Positions 16,893-23,672 are shown, counted from the first letter of the stretch. The stretch: DNA of 64,000 nucleotides from a virus (IMGVR_UViG_3300025645_000055:1-64000), one strand, 5' to 3'. A program made the numbers and translations. Notes: generated by a model not told the origin, from the letters alone.

Positions 16893-17723
16893 ATGCAATA
16901 CGAATTAAAAGACACTATATTATATTTAGACAAAGTTGAGTTAGGATATGGTAGTGGTAAAAATTATAAAACAGTCCTTAAGGATGTTAATATAGTTGAA
17001 AAAGATGTGGTTAGAGATGGTCATGTAACGGGTCAAGTGATTGCCGTTGTTGGAAGAAGTGGTAGGGGAAAGTCTACCCTATTTAAAGCCATGACTGGTC
17101 TTGTAAAACCTCATAGTGGGGAAGCATTGATTACTGAGTTGGATAGTCCAGAGGGTGATGATGCAAAGAATGTAGAAGAGGGTGATGTAGGTTTTGTAGA
17201 CCAGAAATATACCTTATTCAGACATAAGACAGTTGAACAAATATTTCGCTACGCACTTAGAAAAAGTGGATTAACCAAGGTTGAGAAAACTGAAAAGGTT
17301 AATCGATATTTAGGTGAGTGGGGATTAGAAAAACAACGTAAGCAATACCCGATTGAATTATCTGGTGGGCAAAGACAACGTACTGCAATCATTGAACAAA
17401 TTCTTTCATCTGGACACTTTATGGTATTAGATGAACCGTTCTCTGGATTGGATGTTGGAAACATTAGAGATGTAAAAAGGTCTATCGAATTAATTAAGAA
17501 AGACCACGAATTAAACACTATCATCTTCTCAACACATGAGTTAAGACTTGCAGTTGAATTGGCAGATAGTATATATGTAGTTGGTTACCCAGAGGGAACA
17601 ACTGATTATGCGACAATCGTTAAACATTACGATTTAAAAGAAATGGGAATAGCTTGGACAGAGTATGGTCAAGCCCACATTGATTTAGTTGCAGATATTG
17701 ATAATACAATGATGAATTCATAA
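16893..17723 (+). CDS. ABC transporter ATP-binding protein
   Basis: Walker A GRSGRGKST, LSGGQ signature, Walker B VLDEPFSGLD, H-loop. Confidence 0.95.
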   Translation: MQYELKDTILYLDKVELGYGSGKNYKTVLKDVNIVEKDVVRDGHVTGQVIAVVGRSGRGKSTLFKAMTGLVKPHSGEALITELDSPEGDDAKNVEEGDVGFVDQKYTLFRHKTVEQIFRYALRKSGLTKVEKTEKVNRYLGEWGLEKQRKQYPIELSGGQRQRTAIIEQILSSGHFMVLDEPFSGLDVGNIRDVKRSIELIKKDHELNTIIFSTHELRLAVELADSIYVVGYPEGTTDYATIVKHYDLKEMGIAWTEYGQAHIDLVADIDNTMMNS

Positions 17724-18440
17724 ATGGCAAGAGAAACCTTACTTAGTGGAAAAGCATATGATAATTGTGAAATGCAATCTATCAATGGTGATTTTTTAGC
17801 TTTTACCAGCTTCAAAAGAATGAATTGGTATGTTAGTAGAGGTTTAGCCGAAGTTATTGATGACAACAAGTATCAATTAAATTTTGTGACCAATGGGGAT
17901 TTCGGTGATAAGAGTGATTACTATCGATTAAAACTAGAGAATAAATGTGTTATATGTGGTGATGAAGATAATTTAACTAAGCACCACATCGTACCATATC
18001 AATTTAGAAAGTTTATTCCAATGAAATATAAAAAGGGGTTATCCCGTGATGTGGTTTGTATATGCCATGGTTGTCATAAAGATTATGAAACAATAGCAGA
18101 CATCTTTAAGGAAGAACTACTAATCAAGTATGATTTGGTTGATGACTTAAATATTAGTAACACCCTTGGTAAGTATTTTAATACACTTAAGAATTATAGT
18201 CACTATCAAACTAAAGAAACAATAGAACGTTTATCTAGTTTTATAACAACACATGTTGGTAGACCAATTGATGAAGTACTTAAAGATGATTGGTTAGAAA
18301 CAGTCGATACTTCTAAAAAATTGGTTGATTTAGTTAATGTTGATGACTTTATTATTTTATGGAGAAACCATTTTATAGAAACAACAGAACCAAAGTACTT
18401 ACCAGAAGAATGGGTTAAGGACATAAATAGAGTAATATAA
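17724..18440 (+). CDS. HNH-type protein resembling the C-terminal domain of eukaryotic EXD2
   Basis: YDNC...WY...GL; ENKCVICG...HHIVPYQFRK...DVVCICHGCH; WRNHF...PKYLP..W. Confidence 0.7.
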   Translation: MARETLLSGKAYDNCEMQSINGDFLAFTSFKRMNWYVSRGLAEVIDDNKYQLNFVTNGDFGDKSDYYRLKLENKCVICGDEDNLTKHHIVPYQFRKFIPMKYKKGLSRDVVCICHGCHKDYETIADIFKEELLIKYDLVDDLNISNTLGKYFNTLKNYSHYQTKETIERLSSFITTHVGRPIDEVLKDDWLETVDTSKKLVDLVNVDDFIILWRNHFIETTEPKYLPEEWVKDINRVI

Positions 18441-18619
18441 TGGCAGAAAGAAAAACAAAGTGTGATGTGTGTGATAGTACTAAATTTATAATTCAACATA
18501 CTATACCCCAAAAAATGTTAGTCAAACAATTACAAATGGTACAAGCTAAATGTATATGTGGTAATATTTTTGAGTTCGTAAGACGCACACCTGGAGTGGG
18601 TAGAGGCAGAATTCTATAA
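18440..18619 (+). CDS. small zinc-ribbon protein (59 aa)
   Basis: MAERKTKCDVCDS...KCICGN read by eye. Confidence 0.55.
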   Translation: MAERKTKCDVCDSTKFIIQHTIPQKMLVKQLQMVQAKCICGNIFEFVRRTPGVGRGRIL

Positions 18620-18646
18620 ATTTTTTAAAAGTTTTTCCAAAAAGAC

Positions 18647-18973
18647 TTGCTTTTTATAAAAAGTTGTCTTATATTTGTACCATAATAATTACAATGACTT
18701 GTAGTCGGGGGCTTCTAATCAAACGGGAGTTATACGTAATCATACTGGAAATGGAAGTGTAAGTCTTCCCAGGTCAACAAAAAAAAATAAATTAAAAGTT
18801 TTTTAAATAAAACTTGCTTTATTAAAATAATAGTTCTATATTTGCACTGTTGTTAATTTGAAAGACAACGAAAAAAAATATATTAAAAGTTTTTTAAAAA
18901 AAACTTGCTTTATTAAAATAATAGTCTTATATTTGCAGAGTCGTTTAGAAATAGATGACACGTTCATTAAAAT
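18647..18973 (+). promoter_or_regulatory. three tandem promoters plus a boxA-like element
   Basis: TATATTTG at 18670, 18837 and 18928, each with upstream CTTGCTTT; ~55-bp direct repeat 18791-18846 / 18882-18937; GTTCATTAAAAT at 18962. Confidence 0.75.
18695..18777 (+). ncRNA. degenerate tRNA-like element
   Basis: TGACTTG/CAGGTCA closing stem; T-like arm GGAAG-TGTAAGT-CTTCC; lies just downstream of a promoter. Confidence 0.4.
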
Positions 18974-18980
18974 ATTGAAA

Positions 18981-19960
18981 ATATGGGGTGCTTATACTCC
19001 AGTCTTCGGACAAGGATAGACCAGCAATGGTTTAAAGTAGTAGATTTAGTGTCTATTGCGTTGCATTAACCCTTCGGGGTTAGACAATCCACGTAAGCAT
19101 GATTACCAAACCGTATCAAGGGCATCTGCTGAGATACGAAACCCACAACTTATGGGGATTGAGTAGAAATACAATAGTAAGGTAGTTAGAATCAGATATC
19201 CTAAAAGGGGGTATTGTTTGACTAAACGGTGTAAAAGCTATTGGTTGGATTCATTAAGAAATTTTATGGGACTTATCTTCGGGTAATAAGTGAAATGATT
19301 AACATGATGGTAAAACATTATATCGAGGCGTTGTATTCTTAACCACTCAAAAGGTGGCACGAATGTCAACCAGCAGACACGTCTTGAAACTTAGAGTGAG
19401 GCTTATACCAGAGTTAAATGGTGCATTTTTTTTTGATAAAAATAAAAAGAGAAAGTTCTGTTGGACTAGAACTGAAAATTAAGTTATGCCGTTGAAATAT
19501 ATGGCTGGTTGATTCCTCTCAAGGGATGAGATTAAATTTGATGAGTACATGTCATAAGGAACGGGGTCGCACTCGTTTATTCTCGCAAGGAACCTGGGCA
19601 AAGAAAGCTAGATTATATAAGTTCTATGTAGCAGAGTTATGGTCACTCTAAGACCAACTTAATGTTATCTACTTGAAGGAAACTGATAGTGTGTGAAAAA
19701 GCTGAAAGGCATATAAATGATAACGGGGGCAACCCACTTGCTGAACACTCAAGCATAAATCTGGGCGTACTACTTCAACTTGTTGGAGGGAGTGCAATAG
19801 GTTCAAATCCTTTTACGCCCACTAAATTATATTTCGAGAGTACTAGATAACAAATTCCAGTCGATGTACTCGTTAAGAACCTATCCGCAAGATAGGAATA
19901 TACCCAAGAGTAATGGATTGTGAGGGAATTGTATAATTTAAACTAAGAATCTCATCATAT
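18981..19960 (+). ncRNA. large structured ncRNA, GOLLD-like candidate
   Basis: ~980 nt with no ORF of 60 aa or more; many UUCG/GNRA hairpins; GCGTTGTATTC...CTCAAAAG (19328-19353) and AATCTCA (19948) recall GOLLD landmarks from memory; next to tRNA cluster; boundaries approximate. Confidence 0.55.
19763..19821 (+). ncRNA. 59-nt D-armless tRNA-like mini-RNA (copy 1)
   Basis: GGGCGTA/TACGCCC acceptor, one central hairpin, T-loop TTCAAAT. Confidence 0.65.
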
Positions 19961-20016
19961 GGATGAATATAAGCTTTGTAATGAAGATTATTTTAAATAA
20001 GTTGAGGTTTTTAAAC

Positions 20017-20085
20017 GGGGATTTCGTCTAAGACAAAGGCAGCACCACACCAGGTGTTAATGAAGTATCGAACCTTCAATCCCCA
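20017..20085 (+). ncRNA. atypical tRNA-like RNA with 6-nt anticodon loop ACACCA
   Basis: GGGGATT/AATCCCC; GCACC-ACACCA-GGTGT; T-arm TGAAG-TATCGAAC-CTTCA. Confidence 0.6.
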
Positions 20086-20165
20086 CAAATATAGTTGGTT
20101 GGACTATAATAGGATTATGGTACCCCTTTGAAGGGTTTAATGTTAGAAACTTAATTTTATAAACT

Positions 20166-20233
20166 GCGAGTTTCGTCTAAGCTAAGACGCTATCCCACCA
20201 GATAGAAATGAAGTATCGAATCTTCGACTTGCA
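20166..20233 (+). ncRNA. atypical tRNA-like RNA with 6-nt anticodon loop CCACCA
   Basis: GCGAGTT/GACTTGC; CTATC-CCACCA-GATAG; T-arm GAAG-TATCGAAT-CTTC. Confidence 0.6.
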
Positions 20234-20238
20234 CAAAT

Positions 20239-20406
20239 TTTGAAGTGGTGAAAGGAAGACACCCTACGGAATATAAAACTGTCCTTTGAGAATGGTGTGT
20301 GGAGCAACTGTGATTAGTACCTCCAACAGTAAAGTAGAGTCTAACCGACTAATAATCAAAAAGTCGGAACAATTAGAATAGTTAGTTTCATGGCTAACCT
20401 TCAAAA
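20239..20406 (+). ncRNA. enlarged Leu-like tRNA-like RNA (168 nt)
   Basis: TTTGAAG/CTTCAAA; D-arm GTG-AAAGGAAGA-CAC; CTAC/GTAG enclosing a long insert; CCGACT/AGTCGG arm; T-like GTTAG/CTAAC. Confidence 0.45.
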
Positions 20407-20408
20407 AT

Positions 20409-20467
20409 GGGCGTACTATCACAAGTTATTGTGAGAAGTGTGTTAGGTTTAAATCCTTTTACGCCCA
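20409..20467 (+). ncRNA. 59-nt D-armless tRNA-like mini-RNA (copy 2)
   Basis: Same acceptor and 3-prime end as copy 1; central hairpin TCACAA-GTTA-TTGTGA. Confidence 0.65.
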
Positions 20468-20497
20468 CTATAGTTTCGAAAACTTAAATTGAGAAAC

Positions 20498-20572
20498 CGA
20501 GAGGTAGCTCAGTTTGCTCAGAGCGTCACCCATTGGGGGTGGAGGTCGTTGGTTCGAATCCAACCCTCTCGA
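20498..20572 (+). tRNA. tRNA with Pro-like body; anticodon ambiguous (loop CATTGGG)
   Basis: C1-G72, A73; TCACC-CATTGGG-GGTGG gives A33 and TTG in standard register, TGG if shifted by one. Confidence 0.7.
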
Positions 20573-20661
20573 CAAAAATTAAAATAAATTAACAAAAAAC
20601 GTAACTTTAATATAGTTACACATATTTAATAGAAAGGGATAAACCCTAAACAATAGAAATT

Positions 20662-20766
20662 ATGATGAATTATACGACAACATATCAAAAGCAGTATCCG
20701 CAAGGGGGGAAACCTAGTGGGCTGGACTTGTCGTGTATTTACTCTAAAGGTAAAACAGGTGTGTAA
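20662..20766 (+). CDS. putative leader peptide (34 aa)
   Basis: MMNYTTTYQKQYPQGGKPSGLDLSCIYSKGKTGV, followed by a terminator. Confidence 0.4.
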   Translation: MMNYTTTYQKQYPQGGKPSGLDLSCIYSKGKTGV

Positions 20767-20793
20767 ATAAATCAATTACATAACTTAAACGGT

Positions 20794-20829
20794 AAGCTCA
20801 GCTATAAAGAAATTTAGTTGGGCTTTTTT
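20794..20829 (+). terminator. rho-independent terminator inside the tRNA cluster
   Basis: AAGCTCAGCTA...TAGTTGGGCTT followed by TTTT. Confidence 0.7.
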
Positions 20830-20845
20830 CATGCCCAAATTTCAA

Positions 20846-20940
20846 CGGGTAATGTGCGAGTGGTTTAAGCAATCGGTCTTGGAAGCCGATGACAATTTCA
20901 AGAAGGTTATTGTCCGTAGGTTCGAATCCTACTTACCCGA
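20846..20940 (+). tRNA. tRNA with TGG (Pro) anticodon and long variable arm
   Basis: CGGGTAA/TTACCCG; TCGGT-CT TGG AA-GCCGA; V-arm GACAAT/ATTGTC. Confidence 0.8.
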
Positions 20941-20948
20941 CTAAACAT

Positions 20949-21021
20949 CGGGATGTATATCAATTGGTAGATTACGTGCTTTGGGAGTACGAGGTTGCTG
21001 GTTCGAGTCCAGTCATCCCGA
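20949..21021 (+). tRNA. tRNA-Pro(TGG)
   Basis: CGGGATG/CATCCCG; CGTGC-TT TGG GA-GTACG. Confidence 0.92.
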
Positions 21022-21031
21022 CAGAATGAAA

Positions 21032-21043
21032 GTTCATTGACAT
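21032..21043 (+). promoter_or_regulatory. boxA-like antitermination element
   Basis: GTTCATTGACAT resembles rRNA-operon boxA sequences. Confidence 0.55.
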
Positions 21044-21117
21044 GTTGGTTAAGTAAAATATAGAAGTCTAGGGAGCCATTGCTCTTAAAACGTCCAACCT
21101 AGAAACTTCTATAATAT

Positions 21118-21190
21118 TGGGATATGGTGTAATTGGTAACACGTCTGTTTTTGGTGCAGAAGAGTATGGGTTCGAGACCCGTTGTCCCAA
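21118..21190 (+). tRNA. tRNA-Gln(TTG)
   Basis: TGGGATA/TGTCCCA; TCTGT-TT TTG GT-GCAGA. Confidence 0.9.
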
Positions 21191-21197
21191 CTAATAT

Positions 21198-21270
21198 TGC
21201 CCTATGGTATAACGGTTAATACGTCTGGTTTTGAACCAGAAGATTGGGGGTTCGAATCCGTCTAGGGTAA
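21198..21270 (+). tRNA. tRNA-Gln(TTG)
   Basis: TGCCCTA/TAGGGTA; TCTGG-TT TTG AA-CCAGA. Confidence 0.88.
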
Positions 21271-21343
21271 CAATAAAGATATTTGGGAGACTGTTATTAA
21301 TTCATAGAACCTATTGCGAGTGGTATCATAGAATTAAAATTAT

Positions 21344-21416
21344 TGGGGTATGGTGTAATGTGTAACATTCAAGATTTTGGTCCTTGAGAGTGTCGGTTCG
21401 AGTCCGTCTACCCCAA
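21344..21416 (+). tRNA. tRNA-Gln(TTG)
   Basis: TGGGGTA/TACCCCA; CAAGA-TT TTG GT-CCTTG. Confidence 0.85.
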
Positions 21417-21417
21417 C

Positions 21418-21563
21418 TATATTGTGTGCGTAACTAAGGTATTTAGGAGTATACATAACAAGTAGTTGACTTAGTACTATCAATGAAAAGTATGTGGAAA
21501 ATGATACAGTTTGAACGGAATCCCATGTTGGGGAGAGATATGAGTGCAAGCCTCATCAATATA
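21418..21563 (+). ncRNA. enlarged tRNA-like element
   Basis: TATATTG/CAATATA closing stem with adjacent T-like arm ATGAG-TGCAAGC-CTCAT. Confidence 0.35.
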
Positions 21564-21567
21564 AATT

Positions 21568-21649
21568 GGGAGTATTGAGCAACTGGTTGCTCAGCAGACT
21601 GTAAATCTGTGGTCTTACGACATTGGGGGTTCGAATCCCTCTACTCCCA
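21568..21649 (+). tRNA. tRNA-Tyr(GTA)
   Basis: GGGAGTA/TACTCCC; GCAGA-CT GTA AA-TCTGT; V-arm. Confidence 0.92.
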
Positions 21650-21654
21650 CAATT

Positions 21655-21735
21655 GGGAACTAAAAGCCATTCGGATATGGCATCGGGACTGTAAATCTCG
21701 TCCTTCGGGGAGTGGTTCGAGTCCACTAGGTCCCA
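21655..21735 (+). tRNA. tRNA-Tyr(GTA), atypical D-arm
   Basis: CGGGA-CT GTA AA-TCTCG; V-arm CC-TTCG-GG; T-arm AGTGG/CCACT. Confidence 0.8.
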
Positions 21736-21808
21736 CAATTGGTCACAGATGAAACGACCAGTCTTCACAGAAAGACTTCCTCATGAGGGGATATAAATAA
21801 AGCTGCAT

Positions 21809-21878
21809 GGGTTGTGAAAGGATACTAGCCGAGGTTGTAACCCTCTAGCTTTGTAGGGTTCGAGTCCCTATCAGCCCA
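21809..21878 (+). tRNA. degenerate tRNA-Tyr(GTA)
   Basis: GGGTTG/CAGCCC; GAGG-TT GTA AC-CCTC; T-arm TAGGG/CCCTA; no clear D-stem. Confidence 0.55.
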
Positions 21879-21883
21879 CAACT

Positions 21884-22016
21884 TGACTATAATTGGTCGG
21901 CAATGTTAATGTAGTGTTTGAGAGCAAACCGTATAATCTCGGCAAACCATCATTAATGAATGAGTTATGTATGTTACATCATAACCTTTTGTGGGGTTCG
22001 ACTCCCCAATGGTCAA
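21884..22016 (+). ncRNA. enlarged tRNA-like RNA (133 nt)
   Basis: TGACTAT/ATGGTCA; T-arm TGGGG-TTCGACT-CCCCA; long arm GTTAATG/CATTAAT, GTTTG/CAAAC; V-arm GTTATG/CATAAC. Confidence 0.6.
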
Positions 22017-22056
22017 CACGCTAGGCTAGTAAGTGTCCAACACGCTAGGCTAATAT

Positions 22057-22128
22057 TCCTTCGTAACTCAGAGGCAGAGTACCGTGCTTTTAACACGGGA
22101 GTCGTGATATCGTAATTCACCGAGGGAA
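22057..22128 (+). tRNA. tRNA-Lys(TTT)
   Basis: TCCTTCG/CGAGGGA; CCGTG-CT TTT AA-CACGG; atypical T-loop. Confidence 0.82.
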
Positions 22129-22207
22129 CAAAAATTAGTAGCATATGCTCGATGAACGACTATGTACATGTAAGTAGGGATACTAGTCATGTTACTAATT
22201 TTAATTT

Positions 22208-22280
22208 GCACCCGAAGCTCAAGTGGACGGGCTTCCCGCTTTTAACGGGAAGGTTACGGGTTCGAGGCCCGTGGGGTGCA
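22208..22280 (+). tRNA. tRNA-Lys(TTT)
   Basis: GCACCC/GGGTGC; TCCCG-CT TTT AA-CGGGA. Confidence 0.88.
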
Positions 22281-22285
22281 CAAAT

Positions 22286-22369
22286 GCGATGTTAGTGTAA
22301 GTCAAAGATTCTAGATTAAACACGCAACCCATAGGGGTTGAGATGGGGGTTCAAGTCCTTTGCATCGCT
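22286..22369 (+). ncRNA. atypical tRNA-like RNA (Gly-like acceptor, enlarged D-loop, 6-nt anticodon loop)
   Basis: GCGATGT/GCATCGC-U73; CAACC-CATAGG-GGTTG. Confidence 0.55.
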
Positions 22370-22374
22370 CAAAT

Positions 22375-22468
22375 GATAGTATAGTGAAATATTCTGTGTA
22401 GACGTACATATAAAAATCACACCTTCTGCTTAGGTTGGAATAATTGGTATGAAATCCAATTACTATCT
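22375..22468 (+). ncRNA. degenerate tRNA-like element
   Basis: GATAGTA/TACTATC; T-like ATTGG-TATGAAAT-CCAAT; enlarged D region. Confidence 0.4.
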
Positions 22469-22473
22469 TAATT

Positions 22474-22544
22474 GCCGATATCGTATAACGGTATTACGTG
22501 CCCTTGGTAGGGGTGAAATCTCAGCTCGTTTCTGAGTATCGGCT
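22474..22544 (+). tRNA. tRNA-Thr(GGT)
   Basis: GCCGATA/TATCGGC; TGCCC-TT GGT AG-GGGTG; atypical T-loop CTCGTTT. Confidence 0.8.
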
Positions 22545-22703
22545 CTAAGTTTATTAATAAGTGGGTAAAACCTTGAGGCATCCCCCTCGGACTATGACGG
22601 CTTATATTTGACGATATAAGTGTTCAAGTTTCTGGTCAAGCAATGCACCAGGTTTGGTGGAATCACCTTACAAAAGCGAGGATTAATATTAATAGACTTA
22701 ACT

Positions 22704-22786
22704 GCGAATATCGTATAATGGAGGGGAAACCCGTATTATAGTGGCCTTCCAAGTCACGGATGAGAGTTCGATTCTCTCTATTCGCT
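22704..22786 (+). tRNA. tRNA-Gly(TCC) with GAAA hairpin in the D-loop
   Basis: GCGAATA/TATTCGC; GTGGC-CT TCC AA-GTCAC; GGG-GAAA-CCC insert. Confidence 0.85.
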
Positions 22787-22794
22787 CAATAATT

Positions 22795-22881
22795 GCCTCT
22801 ATAGCTCAGTTGGTTTGGCGAAAGCCTTAGAGCAGCCCCCTTTTAAGGGGCAGGTCGTAGGTTCGAATCCTACTGGGGGTA
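22795..22881 (+). tRNA. tRNA-Lys(TTT) with GAAA hairpin in the D-loop
   Basis: GCCCC-CT TTT AA-GGGGC; GGC-GAAA-GCC insert. Confidence 0.85.
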
Positions 22882-22940
22882 CTAAGTTAGTTATGACATT
22901 ATGATTTGAGGCTTAATCATCCTCTTTAACTAACTTTATT

Positions 22941-23011
22941 GCGAGATGTAGCTTAATGGCAAAGCATCGGCCTTCCAAGTCGAGGATGCGGTTCGACCCC
23001 GACATTTCGCA
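22941..23011 (+). tRNA. tRNA-Gly(TCC), 8/4-like acceptor/T stems
   Basis: GCGAGATG/CATTTCGC (8 bp); TCGGC-CT TCC AA-GTCGA; short T-stem. Confidence 0.8.
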
Positions 23012-23019
23012 CTAAAAAT

Positions 23020-23102
23020 GCCCCCCTAGTATAATGGAGACGAAAGTCGTATTACCTTGGATTTGTAACCCAAAGATATCAGTTCGATTCTGATGGGGGG
23101 CT
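23020..23102 (+). tRNA. tRNA-Thr(TGT) with GAAA hairpin in the D-loop
   Basis: GCCCCCC/GGGGGGC; TTGGA-TT TGT AA-CCCAA; GAC-GAAA-GTC insert. Confidence 0.85.
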
Positions 23103-23110
23103 CCATACCA

Positions 23111-23195
23111 GCCGATGTCGCATAGTGGTCTATTGCACTTGATTTGTAATCAAGAGAAAGAAATTTCATCGTCAGTTCGAATCTGACCATCGGCT
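23111..23195 (+). tRNA. tRNA-Thr(TGT) with long variable arm
   Basis: GCCGATG/CATCGGC; CTTGA-TT TGT AA-TCAAG; V-arm GAAA-GAAA-TTTC. Confidence 0.85.
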
Positions 23196-23210
23196 CACAT
23201 ATTTATTAGT

Positions 23211-23672
23211 ATGAAAAACTTAATCAACAAAATCTGGGCGTTCATCAAACTAATGCTACCTAATAGCTGGTTTCCAGAAGACGTAATAATTTACGCTATC
23301 GAAGATGATATGAAATCGTGGAAACTTATTGAAGTTCTCATTGTTAGAGAAATAAATAAGTATAGAATCGAAAATGGTCTTAAACCAGTATCTGGTGAGT
23401 TAAACACCAAGCTAGAAACAAAGATAAGAAGCGACTTTATGTCGGATGAAGAAAAACTATCCCACGATGGTTTTGGTGTATCATCAAGAAGACTTAAAGA
23501 TATGGGGTTTAAAAGTGTTGGTGAAATTATAGCCTATGGTTATACAAATGGTGGTGATGTGGTTCATGCTTGGAAAAATAGTCCAAGTCATAATCGTGTA
23601 TTACTTGGAAATTATAAATACCTGGGTGTTAGTAAAACTGATAGATATTATTGTGTAATATTTACCAGATAA
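23211..23672 (+). CDS. CAP (SCP) domain protein
   Basis: INKYR..NGL...LSHDG...GEIIAYG...WKNSPSH..VLL. Confidence 0.9.
   Translation: MKNLINKIWAFIKLMLPNSWFPEDVIIYAIEDDMKSWKLIEVLIVREINKYRIENGLKPVSGELNTKLETKIRSDFMSDEEKLSHDGFGVSSRRLKDMGFKSVGEIIAYGYTNGGDVVHAWKNSPSHNRVLLGNYKYLGVSKTDRYYCVIFTR

Noticed and set aside
18695-18777. Selenocysteine or opal tRNA (TCA in a loop)
   Set aside because: Loop size and stem lengths do not fit tRNA-Sec; no sel genes seen
18981-19960. rRNA fragment or group I/II intron
   Set aside because: No recognisable 16S/23S conserved blocks, no group I P7 or group II domain V signature seen, and no interrupted host gene
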